DNA from: an uncultured Candidatus Rokubacteria bacterium
GTDB taxonomy: Bacteria; Methylomirabilota; Methylomirabilia; Rokubacteriales; CSP1-6
NCBI GenBank assembly: GCA_963762145.1
Contig: CAVXJS010000011.1
Coordinates: 192,001-256,000 of the forward strand
Length of the DNA: 64,000 nucleotides
Direction of reading: 5' to 3'
A program made the translations under genes and the position numbers. Below are positions 56,106 through 64,000 of this stretch, in pieces (the first letter of the stretch is position 1; every line of letters begins with the position of its first letter). The notes under the pieces are model-generated. The model ran no database searches, was not told the DNA's origin, and saw only the letters and a program-made list of their open reading frames with translations.

Positions 56106-56974
56106 GCGGAGTCTCCCAGGTTGCGCAGCAGGGCTTCGCTCTCGGGGTCGGCGGGGAAGAAGCACTCCACGCGCAGCTCGTGCAGCGTGATGTCGTAGGG
56201 CACGCCGAGCGTGGTCAGGGTGGAGAAGAACGTGAGATGGGTCTTGCCCCGGCGCAGCTCGACGCCCAGGAACGGCACCGGGGCGGCGTCGAGGTCGAGC
56301 GTCCGCCACTTCTGCGGGACGTCGGGATAGGAGAGGAGCTCCTCGAGCAGCCGGCTCGTCTCCGCGTCGCCGATGCCGCGCGCCAGGTCGCGGTGCAGCC
56401 ACTGGATGAGGCCGGCCGCGGTGGCCTCCCAGTTCACGATGAAGGGGCGCATCCCGCGCGGATGGTAGAAGAGGCGCATCGCGTTGGGCGGGCCGCCGAC
56501 CGCCGCCACCGCGTCGGGCTCGAGGAACAGGCCCATGAGTCGGCGGGCGCCGCCGTTGGTCATCAGGATGTTCCAGTGGCCGTCGATCACGAGGCCGGGG
56601 TAGGGCTCCTGCTGGCGCATCATGAAGTCGAGGGCCCGCCGCACGTCGGCCATCTCCGGCGCCTCGAGGCCCGTCTCCCGGTAGACCGGCGCATACCCCG
56701 CCGCGGTCAGCAGGTCGTTGCGGCCACGGGGCGGAACCTCGAGCACGCGGCTCAGCAGCAGCACCATGTCGCGGCTCGGCTGGGCGCGCCCGGTCTCGAT
56801 GAAGCTCAGGTGGCGCGAGGAGACCTCGGCGTCCACCGCCAGGCCGAGCTGGCTCAGGCGCCGGCGCTCGCGCCACTGCTTGAGCAGCCGGCCGAAGTGG
56901 CCGGTCGTCCGGCTCCCCCCGGGCGTCCGGCTCCCCGATGTCTGGTTCGCAGTCGTCTGGGCCCTGGTCGTCAT
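56102..56974 (-). CDS. XRE family HTH regulator with MmyB-like ligand-binding domain
   Basis: WR.RRRLSQL.LA...VSSRHLSFIETGRAQPSR, DITL.ELRVE.FFPAD. Confidence 0.92.
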   Translation of the reverse strand: MTTRAQTTANQTSGSRTPGGSRTTGHFGRLLKQWRERRRLSQLGLAVDAEVSSRHLSFIETGRAQPSRDMVLLLSRVLEVPPRGRNDLLTAAGYAPVYRETGLEAPEMADVRRALDFMMRQQEPYPGLVIDGHWNILMTNGGARRLMGLFLEPDAVAAVGGPPNAMRLFYHPRGMRPFIVNWEATAAGLIQWLHRDLARGIGDAETSRLLEELLSYPDVPQKWRTLDLDAAPVPFLGVELRRGKTHLTFFSTLTTLGVPYDITLHELRVECFFPADPESEALLRNLGDSA

Positions 56975-57007
56975 GCCGGGAGTATACCGAGGGCGGGAGC
57001 GAGCGCC

Positions 57008-57024
57008 ATTACCTCCAAGGTAAT
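57008..57024. promoter_or_regulatory. Palindromic operator, probable site of the adjacent XRE regulator
   Basis: ATTACC-TCCAA-GGTAAT perfect inverted repeat in the divergent intergenic region. Confidence 0.7.
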
Positions 57025-57070
57025 TGAACTGGTCCCCGGTTTCGGTGAGGATGGCCGGCGGAGGTCACCC

Positions 57071-57472
57071 ATGGACATCGATCCCACCCCGTTCAACGAG
57101 CGGATGGCCGGAACCCTGAGCACCCTGCTGGGCCTGCGCATCGTGGAGGCGAGCCCCGAGCGCGTGGTCGCCGAGCTGACGATCCGCGACGAGCTCCGCA
57201 CCGTCGGCGGCGCGCTGCACGGCGGGACCCTGATGGCGCTGGCCGACACGGTGGGGGCGGCCGCCACCATCGTGAACCTGCCGCCGGGCGCGGGGACGAC
57301 CACGCTCGAATCGAAGACCAACTTCTTCGCCGCCGGAAGCGAAGGCGTGGTGCGCGCGGAGGCCACGCCGCTGCACCGGGGCAAGCGCACCCAGGTGTGG
57401 CAGACCCGCGTGACCGACGAGTCCGGCCGGCTCCTCTCCCTGACCACCCAGACCCAGATGGTGCTCGCGTGA
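57071..57472 (+). CDS. PaaI family thioesterase
   Basis: LHGG.LMALADT.G, TT.ESKTNF, LH.G.RTQVW. Confidence 0.92.
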   Translation: MDIDPTPFNERMAGTLSTLLGLRIVEASPERVVAELTIRDELRTVGGALHGGTLMALADTVGAAATIVNLPPGAGTTTLESKTNFFAAGSEGVVRAEATPLHRGKRTQVWQTRVTDESGRLLSLTTQTQMVLA

Positions 57473-58431
57473 AGATCGCCTTCGCGGGCGTGTTCGCGGG
57501 CCACGTCGCCGACCGGGTGCGGGCCCGGCTGCGCATCCCGTGCGAGATGACGCTGACCGACGATCGCGAGATCGGCCCCCACCTCGGCGACATAGACGTG
57601 CTGGTCAGCATGGCGTTCACGCGCGAGATGGCCGCGGCGGCTCCGCGCCTGCGCCTGGTCCAGGTGCCAGGGGCCGGGCTCGACCGCATCGATCGGGCCG
57701 CGCTGGCGCCGGGCACCGCGCTGGCCAACGCCTACGGCCACGACGTCGGCATCGCGGAGTACGTGATCGGCGCGATGCTCGCGGTGACCCGCAGCTTCTG
57801 TCGGATCGACGCCGATCTGCGCCGGGGCCAGTGGGACAGCGTGTGGTCGGGGGCGCCGGTGCCGCTCTGGCCGGAGCTGGCCGGCAAGAGCCTGGGCATC
57901 CTCGGCTACGGCCGCATCGGCCAGGCGGTCGCCCGCCGGGCCCTGGCCTTCGACATGGAGGTGCTGGCGATCCGCCGCGACGCGAGCCGGCCCGATCCGC
58001 ACCGCCTCGCGTTCCTGCGCGGCCCGGGCGCGCTCGACGAGGTGCTCGAGCGCGCGGACTACCTGGCCGTCACGCTCGCGCTCACGCCCGAGACGCGCGG
58101 GCTCATCGGGGCCCGGGAGCTCGCGCGCCTGAAGCCCACCGCGGTGCTGATCAACGTGGCCCGCGGCGAGGTGGTGGACGAGGACGCGCTCTACGACGCG
58201 CTTCATCGCGGCGCGATCGCGGGGGCCGCGCTCGACGTCTGGTACCGGTACCCGACCGACGACGCGCCGATCCATCCCGCCCATCGCCCGTTCCACGCGC
58301 TGCCGAACGTGCTGATGACGCCCCACGTATCGGGCTGGACGGACGGGATGATGGACGCCCGGGCCGGGGTCATCGCCGAGAACATCCATCGTGCCGCGCG
58401 CGGCGAGGCGCCGGTCAACCTCGTCCGGTAA
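57469..58431 (+). CDS. D-2-hydroxyacid dehydrogenase
   Basis: GILGYGRIG, LINVARG.VVDE.AL, AALDVW, TPH.SG. Confidence 0.92.
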   Translation: MKIAFAGVFAGHVADRVRARLRIPCEMTLTDDREIGPHLGDIDVLVSMAFTREMAAAAPRLRLVQVPGAGLDRIDRAALAPGTALANAYGHDVGIAEYVIGAMLAVTRSFCRIDADLRRGQWDSVWSGAPVPLWPELAGKSLGILGYGRIGQAVARRALAFDMEVLAIRRDASRPDPHRLAFLRGPGALDEVLERADYLAVTLALTPETRGLIGARELARLKPTAVLINVARGEVVDEDALYDALHRGAIAGAALDVWYRYPTDDAPIHPAHRPFHALPNVLMTPHVSGWTDGMMDARAGVIAENIHRAARGEAPVNLVR

Positions 58432-58548
58432 GATGCACCCGGAAATTCGTACCGCCGCGCTCGTTCGCGTCCCCTGGAACACCGATCATGCGCGCACTTG
58501 AGCCGGGCACGTGCTTTGCTGCTCCCCGGGGACGGAGGTCTCGTCCAC

Positions 58549-58788
58549 ATGAGCGTGATGCGGAAAGTGCGAGTCAATCTCGCCAACGAGCAGGAGCTGA
58601 TGGAGCTGCCCGGCCTGGGAGCCGCAGGGGCCGCCGCGATCGTGCGCTTCCGGACGGAGCACGGCCCGATCAAGGATGCCGCGGAGCTCAGGTCGATCCT
58701 GCGCGGCCACCCGAGCGTCGAGGGCTTCGAGGGGCGCGTCGACTTCGCGCCCGCGGACGCCACCGCGCCCGAAGCGCCCGGAGCCTAG
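58549..58788 (+). CDS. ComEA-like helix-hairpin-helix DNA-binding protein
   Basis: VNLANEQELMELPGLG...A.AIV.FR..HGP. Confidence 0.8.
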   Translation: MSVMRKVRVNLANEQELMELPGLGAAGAAAIVRFRTEHGPIKDAAELRSILRGHPSVEGFEGRVDFAPADATAPEAPGA

Positions 58789-58797
58789 TCCCCGGCC

Positions 58798-59163
58798 TCA
58801 GGCCTCGCCGAGCAGGCGTGCGACCGTGCGTCGCAGCTCCGGCACGTCGAACGGCTTCGCCACCACCGGGGTGCCGGCCTCACGCAGGAAGGGCACGAAC
58901 TCGGCCGCGTTGGTGAAGCCGGACATGAAGAGCAGGGCGGGCCGCGGAGCCGGCTGGGCCTGGACCGCCTGGTAGATCTGGATTCCGTCCACCTCCGGCA
59001 TCCGGAGATCGGACACGACCAGATCGTAGGCCTGCGCGGCGAGCCGCCGGAGCGCCTCCCTCCCCCCGTCGGCCCCGTCGATGAGCCGGGCGGGAGCGGC
59101 CAGCAATACCTCGACAAGCTCTCGCACGTCCGGCTCGTCGTCGACGACGAGGATGCGGGGCAT
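58798..59163 (-). CDS. Single-domain response regulator
   Basis: ILVVDDE, DLRMP..DG, MSG, KPF. Confidence 0.88.
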   Translation of the reverse strand: MPRILVVDDEPDVRELVEVLLAAPARLIDGADGGREALRRLAAQAYDLVVSDLRMPEVDGIQIYQAVQAQPAPRPALLFMSGFTNAAEFVPFLREAGTPVVAKPFDVPELRRTVARLLGEA

Positions 59164-59172
59164 GAGAAGAGG

Positions 59173-60132
59173 ATGCTACCATGGCCGCCGATGCCGAGTC
59201 CCATTCATCGCGCCGCGATCGCGCGAGCTCACGATCTGATCGCGCCGTACATCCGCGTGACGCCCGTCGTGGAAGCGAGCGGCGCCGATTTCGGCCTGGC
59301 CGCCTTCCCGCTCTCTTTCAAGCTGGAGCTCTTGCAGCACGCCGGCTCCTTCAAGACGCGCGGCGCCTTCGTCAACCTGCTCACCCGCGCGATCCCGGCC
59401 GCCGGTGTGGTGGCCGCGTCCGGCGGCAATCATGGGGCCGCGGTGGCCTACGCGGCGATGCGTCTCGAGGTGAAGGCACGGATCTTCGTGCCCACCGTGT
59501 CCTCGCCGGCCAAGATCGCGCGTATCCAGGCCTACGGCGCCGAGCTGGTCGTGACCGGCGACCGGTACGCCGACGCGCTTGCGGCGAGCCAGGCCTGGGT
59601 GACCGAGTCGGGCGCGCTACCGGTGCACGCCTTCGATCAGGAGGAGACGTTGCTCGGCCAGGGCACGCTCGCGCGGGAGCTGGAGAGGCAGACGCCGGAT
59701 CTCGATACGCTCCTGGTCTCGGTGGGCGGGGGCGGCCTCATCGGCGGCATCGCGGCGTGGTGTGGGGGACGGCCGCGGGTGATCGGCGTCGAGCCCGAGG
59801 CCGCTCCCACCCTCACCCGGGCGCTCGAGGCGGGCAAGCCGGTGGACGCCCCCGCCGGCGGCCTCGCGGCGGACTCGCTCGCCCCGCGGCGGGTCGGAGA
59901 GCTGATGTTCCCGATCGCGCAGGCTCACATCGCGCGCGTGCTGCTGGTGAGCGACGCGGCCATCCGCGGGGCGCAGGACGCGCTCTGGGCCACGTTGCGG
60001 GTGGTGGCCGAGCCCGGCGGCGCGGCCGCCTTCGCGGCACTGCTGAGCGGCGCCCACGTGCCCGCGCCGGGCGAGCGGGTCGGGGTGGTGGTTAGCGGAG
60101 GCAACACCACTGCGGTAGACTTCGGCCGATGA
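59173..60132 (+). CDS. Threonine/serine dehydratase family PLP enzyme
   Basis: KLE.LQ..GSFKTRGA, ASGGNHG, SVGGGGL, EP.GAA, SGGN. Confidence 0.92.
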   Translation: MLPWPPMPSPIHRAAIARAHDLIAPYIRVTPVVEASGADFGLAAFPLSFKLELLQHAGSFKTRGAFVNLLTRAIPAAGVVAASGGNHGAAVAYAAMRLEVKARIFVPTVSSPAKIARIQAYGAELVVTGDRYADALAASQAWVTESGALPVHAFDQEETLLGQGTLARELERQTPDLDTLLVSVGGGGLIGGIAAWCGGRPRVIGVEPEAAPTLTRALEAGKPVDAPAGGLAADSLAPRRVGELMFPIAQAHIARVLLVSDAAIRGAQDALWATLRVVAEPGGAAAFAALLSGAHVPAPGERVGVVVSGGNTTAVDFGR

Positions 60133-60401
60133 GCCCGGCCACCCCGTCGCGGCACGACTCGCTGACCCGGGCGCTGGACTTCCTCGCCGCGGGGGAGTGG
60201 CAGCGCGCCCACGAGATCGTCCAGGAGGACAAGTCGGAGCTGGCCGCGTGGCTGCACGGGATCGTCCACACGCTGGAGGGCGATCTCGACAACGCGCGCT
60301 ACTGGTACCGCCGCACCACGCGCGAGTTTCCGGGCGCGGCCGCGGTGCAGCGCGAGATCGCGGCCGCGCGGCTAGCCCTCGCCGAGGAACATCGCGCGTA
60401 G
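60129..60401 (+). CDS. Conserved small TPR-like hypothetical protein
   Basis: W..AHEIVQ....AAW.HG..H..EGD..NA.YWY.R. Confidence 0.75.
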   Translation: MSPATPSRHDSLTRALDFLAAGEWQRAHEIVQEDKSELAAWLHGIVHTLEGDLDNARYWYRRTTREFPGAAAVQREIAAARLALAEEHRA

Positions 60402-62039
60402 CCGCGCTTTCTGCACCTTGTCGCCGTGCGGGCCCGGCGTCCGGGGCACGTCGGCCACCACGCGCACGTGGCGCGGTATCTTGAACGAGGCGATGCGCCC
60501 CCGGCAGTGGGCGATGACCTCCTCCTCGCTGACGGTCGCGCCCGGCCGGGGGATCACGTAGGCCACCGCGGCCTCGTTGGTGCGCGGATCGGGCACGCCG
60601 ATGACGAAGGCCTGCAGGACCTTCGGGTGCGTCTGCAGGTAGTCCTCGATCTCGCCGGGCGCCACCATGAAGTGGCTGATGCGCAGCACCTCGCGCAACC
60701 GTCCGATGAAGACGACGCGGCCGGCCGCGTCGCGGACCGCCAGATCGCCGGTACGGAACCAGCCGTCGGGGGTGAAGGCCTTCGCGGTCTCCTCGGGCTT
60801 CTCGTAGTAGCCCTTCGTCACCAGGCGCCCGCGCAGCCAGAGCTCGCCTTCCTGGTCGGCGGGCTGATCGCGCCCGCTCTCCGGGTCCACCACGCGCGCC
60901 TCGATGCCGTCGGCGGGCCAGATGCCGGCGCGGGCGCGGCTCTCGAGCGGCTCGTCGAGATCGTGCACCAGCGCCATCGCGTTGACCTCCGTCATGCCGT
61001 AGGGCTGGAAAGCCTGGCGCACGCCGAGCCGCTCCACCACCGCCTCGAAGAGGCCCTGCACGCCGCCGCCGGTGGCCGCGAAGCCGCCGGTGCGCAGGTG
61101 CGAGCGATCACGCCGCGCCAGGTCGGGATGCTCGAGCATCGGGATCGCCATCGCGTCCACCCCGTTCCACACCGTCACGCGCTCGGTCTCCATGAGGCGG
61201 AGGGCCACCGCGGGCTCGAACGTCTCGGTCAGGATCAGGGTCGCGCCGTGGGTGAGCGCGGCGAGGGGGATGCAGAGGCCGCCCCAGGTGCCCGACAGGG
61301 GGAGGGCGTGCAGGACGCGGTCGTCGGCGGTCAGCCGCATGACCTCGCCGCACCACCAGCCGTGCGGCAGGCAATTGTAGTGGGTGATGACCGCGCCCTT
61401 CGGGAAGGACGTCGTTCCCGAGGTGTAGAGAATGGTGAACGGATCGTCGGGCCCCACCGACGCGGCGGCGTCGGCGAGGGCGGCCGCCCACTCGGGCGCG
61501 TCCCCGTCGTCGAGCACGTCGCGGAGGCGCAGGCATCCCGGGTAGGGATCGTCCGCGTCCACGATCACGCGGCGGAGCCGGGGGAAGTCTTCCACGAGGA
61601 GCTCGCCCGGCACGGACTCGGCGAGTGCGGGGAGGACCTCACCGAGCGTCTCCAGGTAGTCCACCGGTCCCGCGTGGTCCGCGCACACGAGCGTCGTCGC
61701 GTCCGACTGGCGCAGGATGTAGCGCAGCTCGTGGGCCTTGTAGCGCGTGTTGAGCGCGACCACCACCGCCCCGATCATCGCGCCGCCGTACTGCACGAAG
61801 AGCCACTCGGGCCGCGTGGGTAGCCAGAGCGCGACCTTGTCGCCCTTCTTGACGCCCAGAGCCAGCAGACCGCGGGCCACCCGCTGCGCCTCGCGATGAA
61901 ACCGCGCGTAGGTGATGCGCCGATCGGGCGCGACGATGGCCTCGCGCTCCGCCGCGCGCCCGGCCATCGCGGCGAGCATGCCGCCCACGGTCTCGCGCAG
62001 AAACGGATTGCCGTCTCCCGAGGGCAGCATGGGCCACAT
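60372..62039 (-). CDS. AMP-binding acyl-CoA synthetase
   Basis: YTSGTTSFPKG, YGMTE, GWFRTGDL, P.EIE, KVQK. Confidence 0.92.
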   Translation of the reverse strand: MWPMLPSGDGNPFLRETVGGMLAAMAGRAAEREAIVAPDRRITYARFHREAQRVARGLLALGVKKGDKVALWLPTRPEWLFVQYGGAMIGAVVVALNTRYKAHELRYILRQSDATTLVCADHAGPVDYLETLGEVLPALAESVPGELLVEDFPRLRRVIVDADDPYPGCLRLRDVLDDGDAPEWAAALADAAASVGPDDPFTILYTSGTTSFPKGAVITHYNCLPHGWWCGEVMRLTADDRVLHALPLSGTWGGLCIPLAALTHGATLILTETFEPAVALRLMETERVTVWNGVDAMAIPMLEHPDLARRDRSHLRTGGFAATGGGVQGLFEAVVERLGVRQAFQPYGMTEVNAMALVHDLDEPLESRARAGIWPADGIEARVVDPESGRDQPADQEGELWLRGRLVTKGYYEKPEETAKAFTPDGWFRTGDLAVRDAAGRVVFIGRLREVLRISHFMVAPGEIEDYLQTHPKVLQAFVIGVPDPRTNEAAVAYVIPRPGATVSEEEVIAHCRGRIASFKIPRHVRVVADVPRTPGPHGDKVQKARLRAMFLGEG

Positions 62040-62073
62040 GCTAACGCTTTACACCGGGCGCCGAATGTGGAAG

Positions 62074-62673
62074 ATGGAACTGATGAAGTGCCAGGACGTG
62101 CGACGTGCGCTGTCCTTCTTCGTCGACGGGCAGCTCGCGCTGACCGAGTGGGCCATCATGCAGGGGCACCTGCTCGAGTGCGCCGAGTGCCGGAAGGAGC
62201 TCGACCGGGTCCGCGGGCTGGCGAGCGTCCGGACCCGCGCCCGCCAGCTCCGCACGACCGCGATGACCGCGGCGGCGATGGCAGGAGTCCTGGCGGTAGC
62301 CGCCGTGGGCGGCACCTTCATCTACCGGGGGAGCGTTCCCGACCGGCTGTGGTGGGGGACGACGCCCCCGCCTCGGGCCTCCGCGCCCGCCCCGCCGGCT
62401 CCGGAGCCGATCGCGCCCGTGACGGTTCCGGTCCCCGTGGTGCGGCCGCCTTCGCTGCCGCCACCTCCGCGGGCCAAGGGTCCCACGGACGCCACGACCT
62501 GGGGGACGGCGCCGCCCGAGCCGGCCCCGCGCGCGACGCGCCCGGCGGCCACCGTCGAGGTGCCCACCGAGGACCGCATGCCGACCACGCAGGCCCGCCC
62601 GCCCGCGGTGGTCAATGCCCCGCCGGACGCGGAGTCGATGCCGACCCAGGGGCCGCCCCGCAGCCGCCCCTGA
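62074..62673 (+). CDS. zf-HC2 anti-sigma-factor-like membrane protein
   Basis: C.......F.DG.L...E.....HL.EC.EC, TM helix, Pro-rich tail. Confidence 0.78.
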   Translation: MELMKCQDVRRALSFFVDGQLALTEWAIMQGHLLECAECRKELDRVRGLASVRTRARQLRTTAMTAAAMAGVLAVAAVGGTFIYRGSVPDRLWWGTTPPPRASAPAPPAPEPIAPVTVPVPVVRPPSLPPPPRAKGPTDATTWGTAPPEPAPRATRPAATVEVPTEDRMPTTQARPPAVVNAPPDAESMPTQGPPRSRP

Positions 62674-62690
62674 CGCCGGCTGTGGCCGGG

Positions 62691-62855
62691 TTACGGGCGC
62701 TCGGCGTGGGTCTTCAGGTACTTGCCGACCGCTTCCAGCAGGAGCCCGAGGGCTTCCTTCTCGGTGCGCCCGGTCACGCTCACCTCCGGGTAGGCGACCG
62801 CGGTGGCCCGGAAGATGCCGCCCTCTTCCTGTACCATCTCGACCTCGATCCTCAT
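62691..62855 (-). CDS. HicB/UPF0150-like small protein (54 aa)
   Basis: E.GG.F.A....YP.V..TG.T.KEAL..L.EA...YL; GGAGG RBS, ATGA overlap. Confidence 0.65.
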   Translation of the reverse strand: MRIEVEMVQEEGGIFRATAVAYPEVSVTGRTEKEALGLLLEAVGKYLKTHAERP

Positions 62856-63652
62856 GCCGCGCCTCCCCGCGAGGTGCGCGCGCGGTCGGCCAGGAAGAGG
62901 TAGCGCGACAGGCTGAAGAAGTACTCGCCCCGCGCCGCCTGGCCCCGCACATCGTCGGCCCACCGCGCGGCCTCGTCCTCGGTGATGCCCCCCCGGCTGG
63001 CCACGAAGCGCGCGACCACGTCGATCATGCCGGGGCTATAGGTCTGCTCGCTCATCTCGACGTTGACGATCGGGATCATCGTGACCGTGCGCAGGGCGAA
63101 GCCGCTCCGCCGCAGCAGCTCGGGCAGGTGCGCGGGCAGGTGGGGATGGGCGAACCGCTGCTGCCAGGCCCTCAGGACTCGCGCGGTGCGCTCGCGGTCG
63201 CCCGCGTGCCAGACACAGGACTCCCAGTCAGTGTCGAGCACGGCCAGGCGGCCGCCCGGCTTGAGCACCCGATACGCCTCGGCCAGCCCCCGCTCGACGT
63301 CGGCCATGTACTCGTAGACCTGCATCGCGGTCACGAAGTCGAAGGTGCCCGACGCGACGGGCACCGCTTCGGGGTCGGCCTGGCGGAACTCGGTGCGGCC
63401 GGTGACCGCGTCGTGCCGGGCCCGCTCCTCGCAGGCGATGATCATGTCCGGCACCGCGTCCACGCCCATGATCCTCCCGGTAGGTCCCACGTCGCGGGCC
63501 AGCTCGCACGCCAGGAGACCGAAGCCGCAGCCGACGTCGAGGCCGCGCTCGCCGGTGCGGGGCGCGACGATGGCGCGGATGCGCGCGCGCTGCTCGGAGA
63601 CGTCGGGAGTGGAGCGCCCGGAATCCAGGAGGGCCGGGTTGGTGTTCGTCAC
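62852..63652 (-). CDS. Class I SAM methyltransferase (UbiE/ArsM-like)
   Basis: LDVGCGFG, VGP.GRI.GVD, FD.V...QV.EY, RVLKPGGR..V.DTDW. Confidence 0.9.
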   Translation of the reverse strand: MTNTNPALLDSGRSTPDVSEQRARIRAIVAPRTGERGLDVGCGFGLLACELARDVGPTGRIMGVDAVPDMIIACEERARHDAVTGRTEFRQADPEAVPVASGTFDFVTAMQVYEYMADVERGLAEAYRVLKPGGRLAVLDTDWESCVWHAGDRERTARVLRAWQQRFAHPHLPAHLPELLRRSGFALRTVTMIPIVNVEMSEQTYSPGMIDVVARFVASRGGITEDEAARWADDVRGQAARGEYFFSLSRYLFLADRARTSRGGAA

Positions 63653-63658
63653 GCCGGA

Positions 63659-63687
63659 ACGCTAACAGCGCCCGGCGCTCCCGTCAA
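63659..63687 (-). promoter_or_regulatory. Sigma70-type promoter, likely short or leaderless transcript
   Basis: TTGACG, 17-nt spacer, TAGCGT ending 6 nt before the GTG start. Confidence 0.5.
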
Positions 63688-63694
63688 GGCGGGG

Positions 63695-64000
63695 TCACTG
63701 GACGCGGGGCTTCTGCGCCAGGACCTGCAGGACGACCTGGCGCATGTCGGCCAGGTTGAAGGGCTTCTCGAGCGCGGGCTCGCCGGTCTCGGCGAGGAAC
63801 GTCGCGTAGTCCTCGATGCCGGTATTGGCGCTCATGAAGATGAAGCGGGGCGGATTGTCGACATACTGCTGGCGGACCGCGCGGTAGAGATCGGGGCCCT
63901 CGAGGTTGGGCATGCGCAGGTCGGTGACCACCAGGTCGTGGCGCTGCTCCTGGGCGCGCCGGAGACCCTCGGCGCCGTCCACCGCGCTGTCCACCTCGTG
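63695..64000 (-). CDS. Response regulator receiver (5'-truncated by window edge)
   Basis: DLVVTDLRMP..EG, MS, EKPF. Confidence 0.85.
   Translation of the reverse strand, partial: HEVDSAVDGAEGLRRAQEQRHDLVVTDLRMPNLEGPDLYRAVRQQYVDNPPRFIFMSANTGIEDYATFLAETGEPALEKPFNLADMRQVVLQVLAQKPRVQ

Overview
High-GC (roughly 70%) bacterial DNA, densely coding. Many conserved genes are broken by single-base indels, which looks like unpolished long-read sequence rather than real pseudogenes. Gene style and intergenic hairpin repeats would fit Candidatus Rokubacteria/Methylomirabilota (inference only). Bases 1-17,200 hold the end of a type VI secretion (T6SS) locus: tssG, tssH/clpV, vgrG, a Ser/Thr kinase with a BON domain, and tssL-OmpA. 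Interleaved with these is an unusual accessory set: two unrelated protein-methyltransferase-type enzymes that both end in a winged-helix/PqqD-like domain, an HExxH metallopeptidase, a DUF3238-like protein, a lipoprotein, a passenger-poor autotransporter, an alpha/beta hydrolase and a calpain-like Cys protease. No obvious immunity genes are visible. The rest is core and metabolic: radC, pyrD with a tandem DnaA-box cluster at its 3' end, a TauD-TauE-TctCBA operon, an F420-LLM/enoyl-CoA hydratase/ccr operon with a variant CO2-pocket residue, a peptide ABC transporter, rluD, an MlaC-metallophosphoesterase fusion, two acyl-CoA dehydrogenases, and a periplasmic iorAB-fccAB-soxX-soxY(AACLE arm)-soxZ-soxA operon with no soxB/soxCD in the window. 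No rRNA, tRNA, CRISPR array or transposase was recognised.
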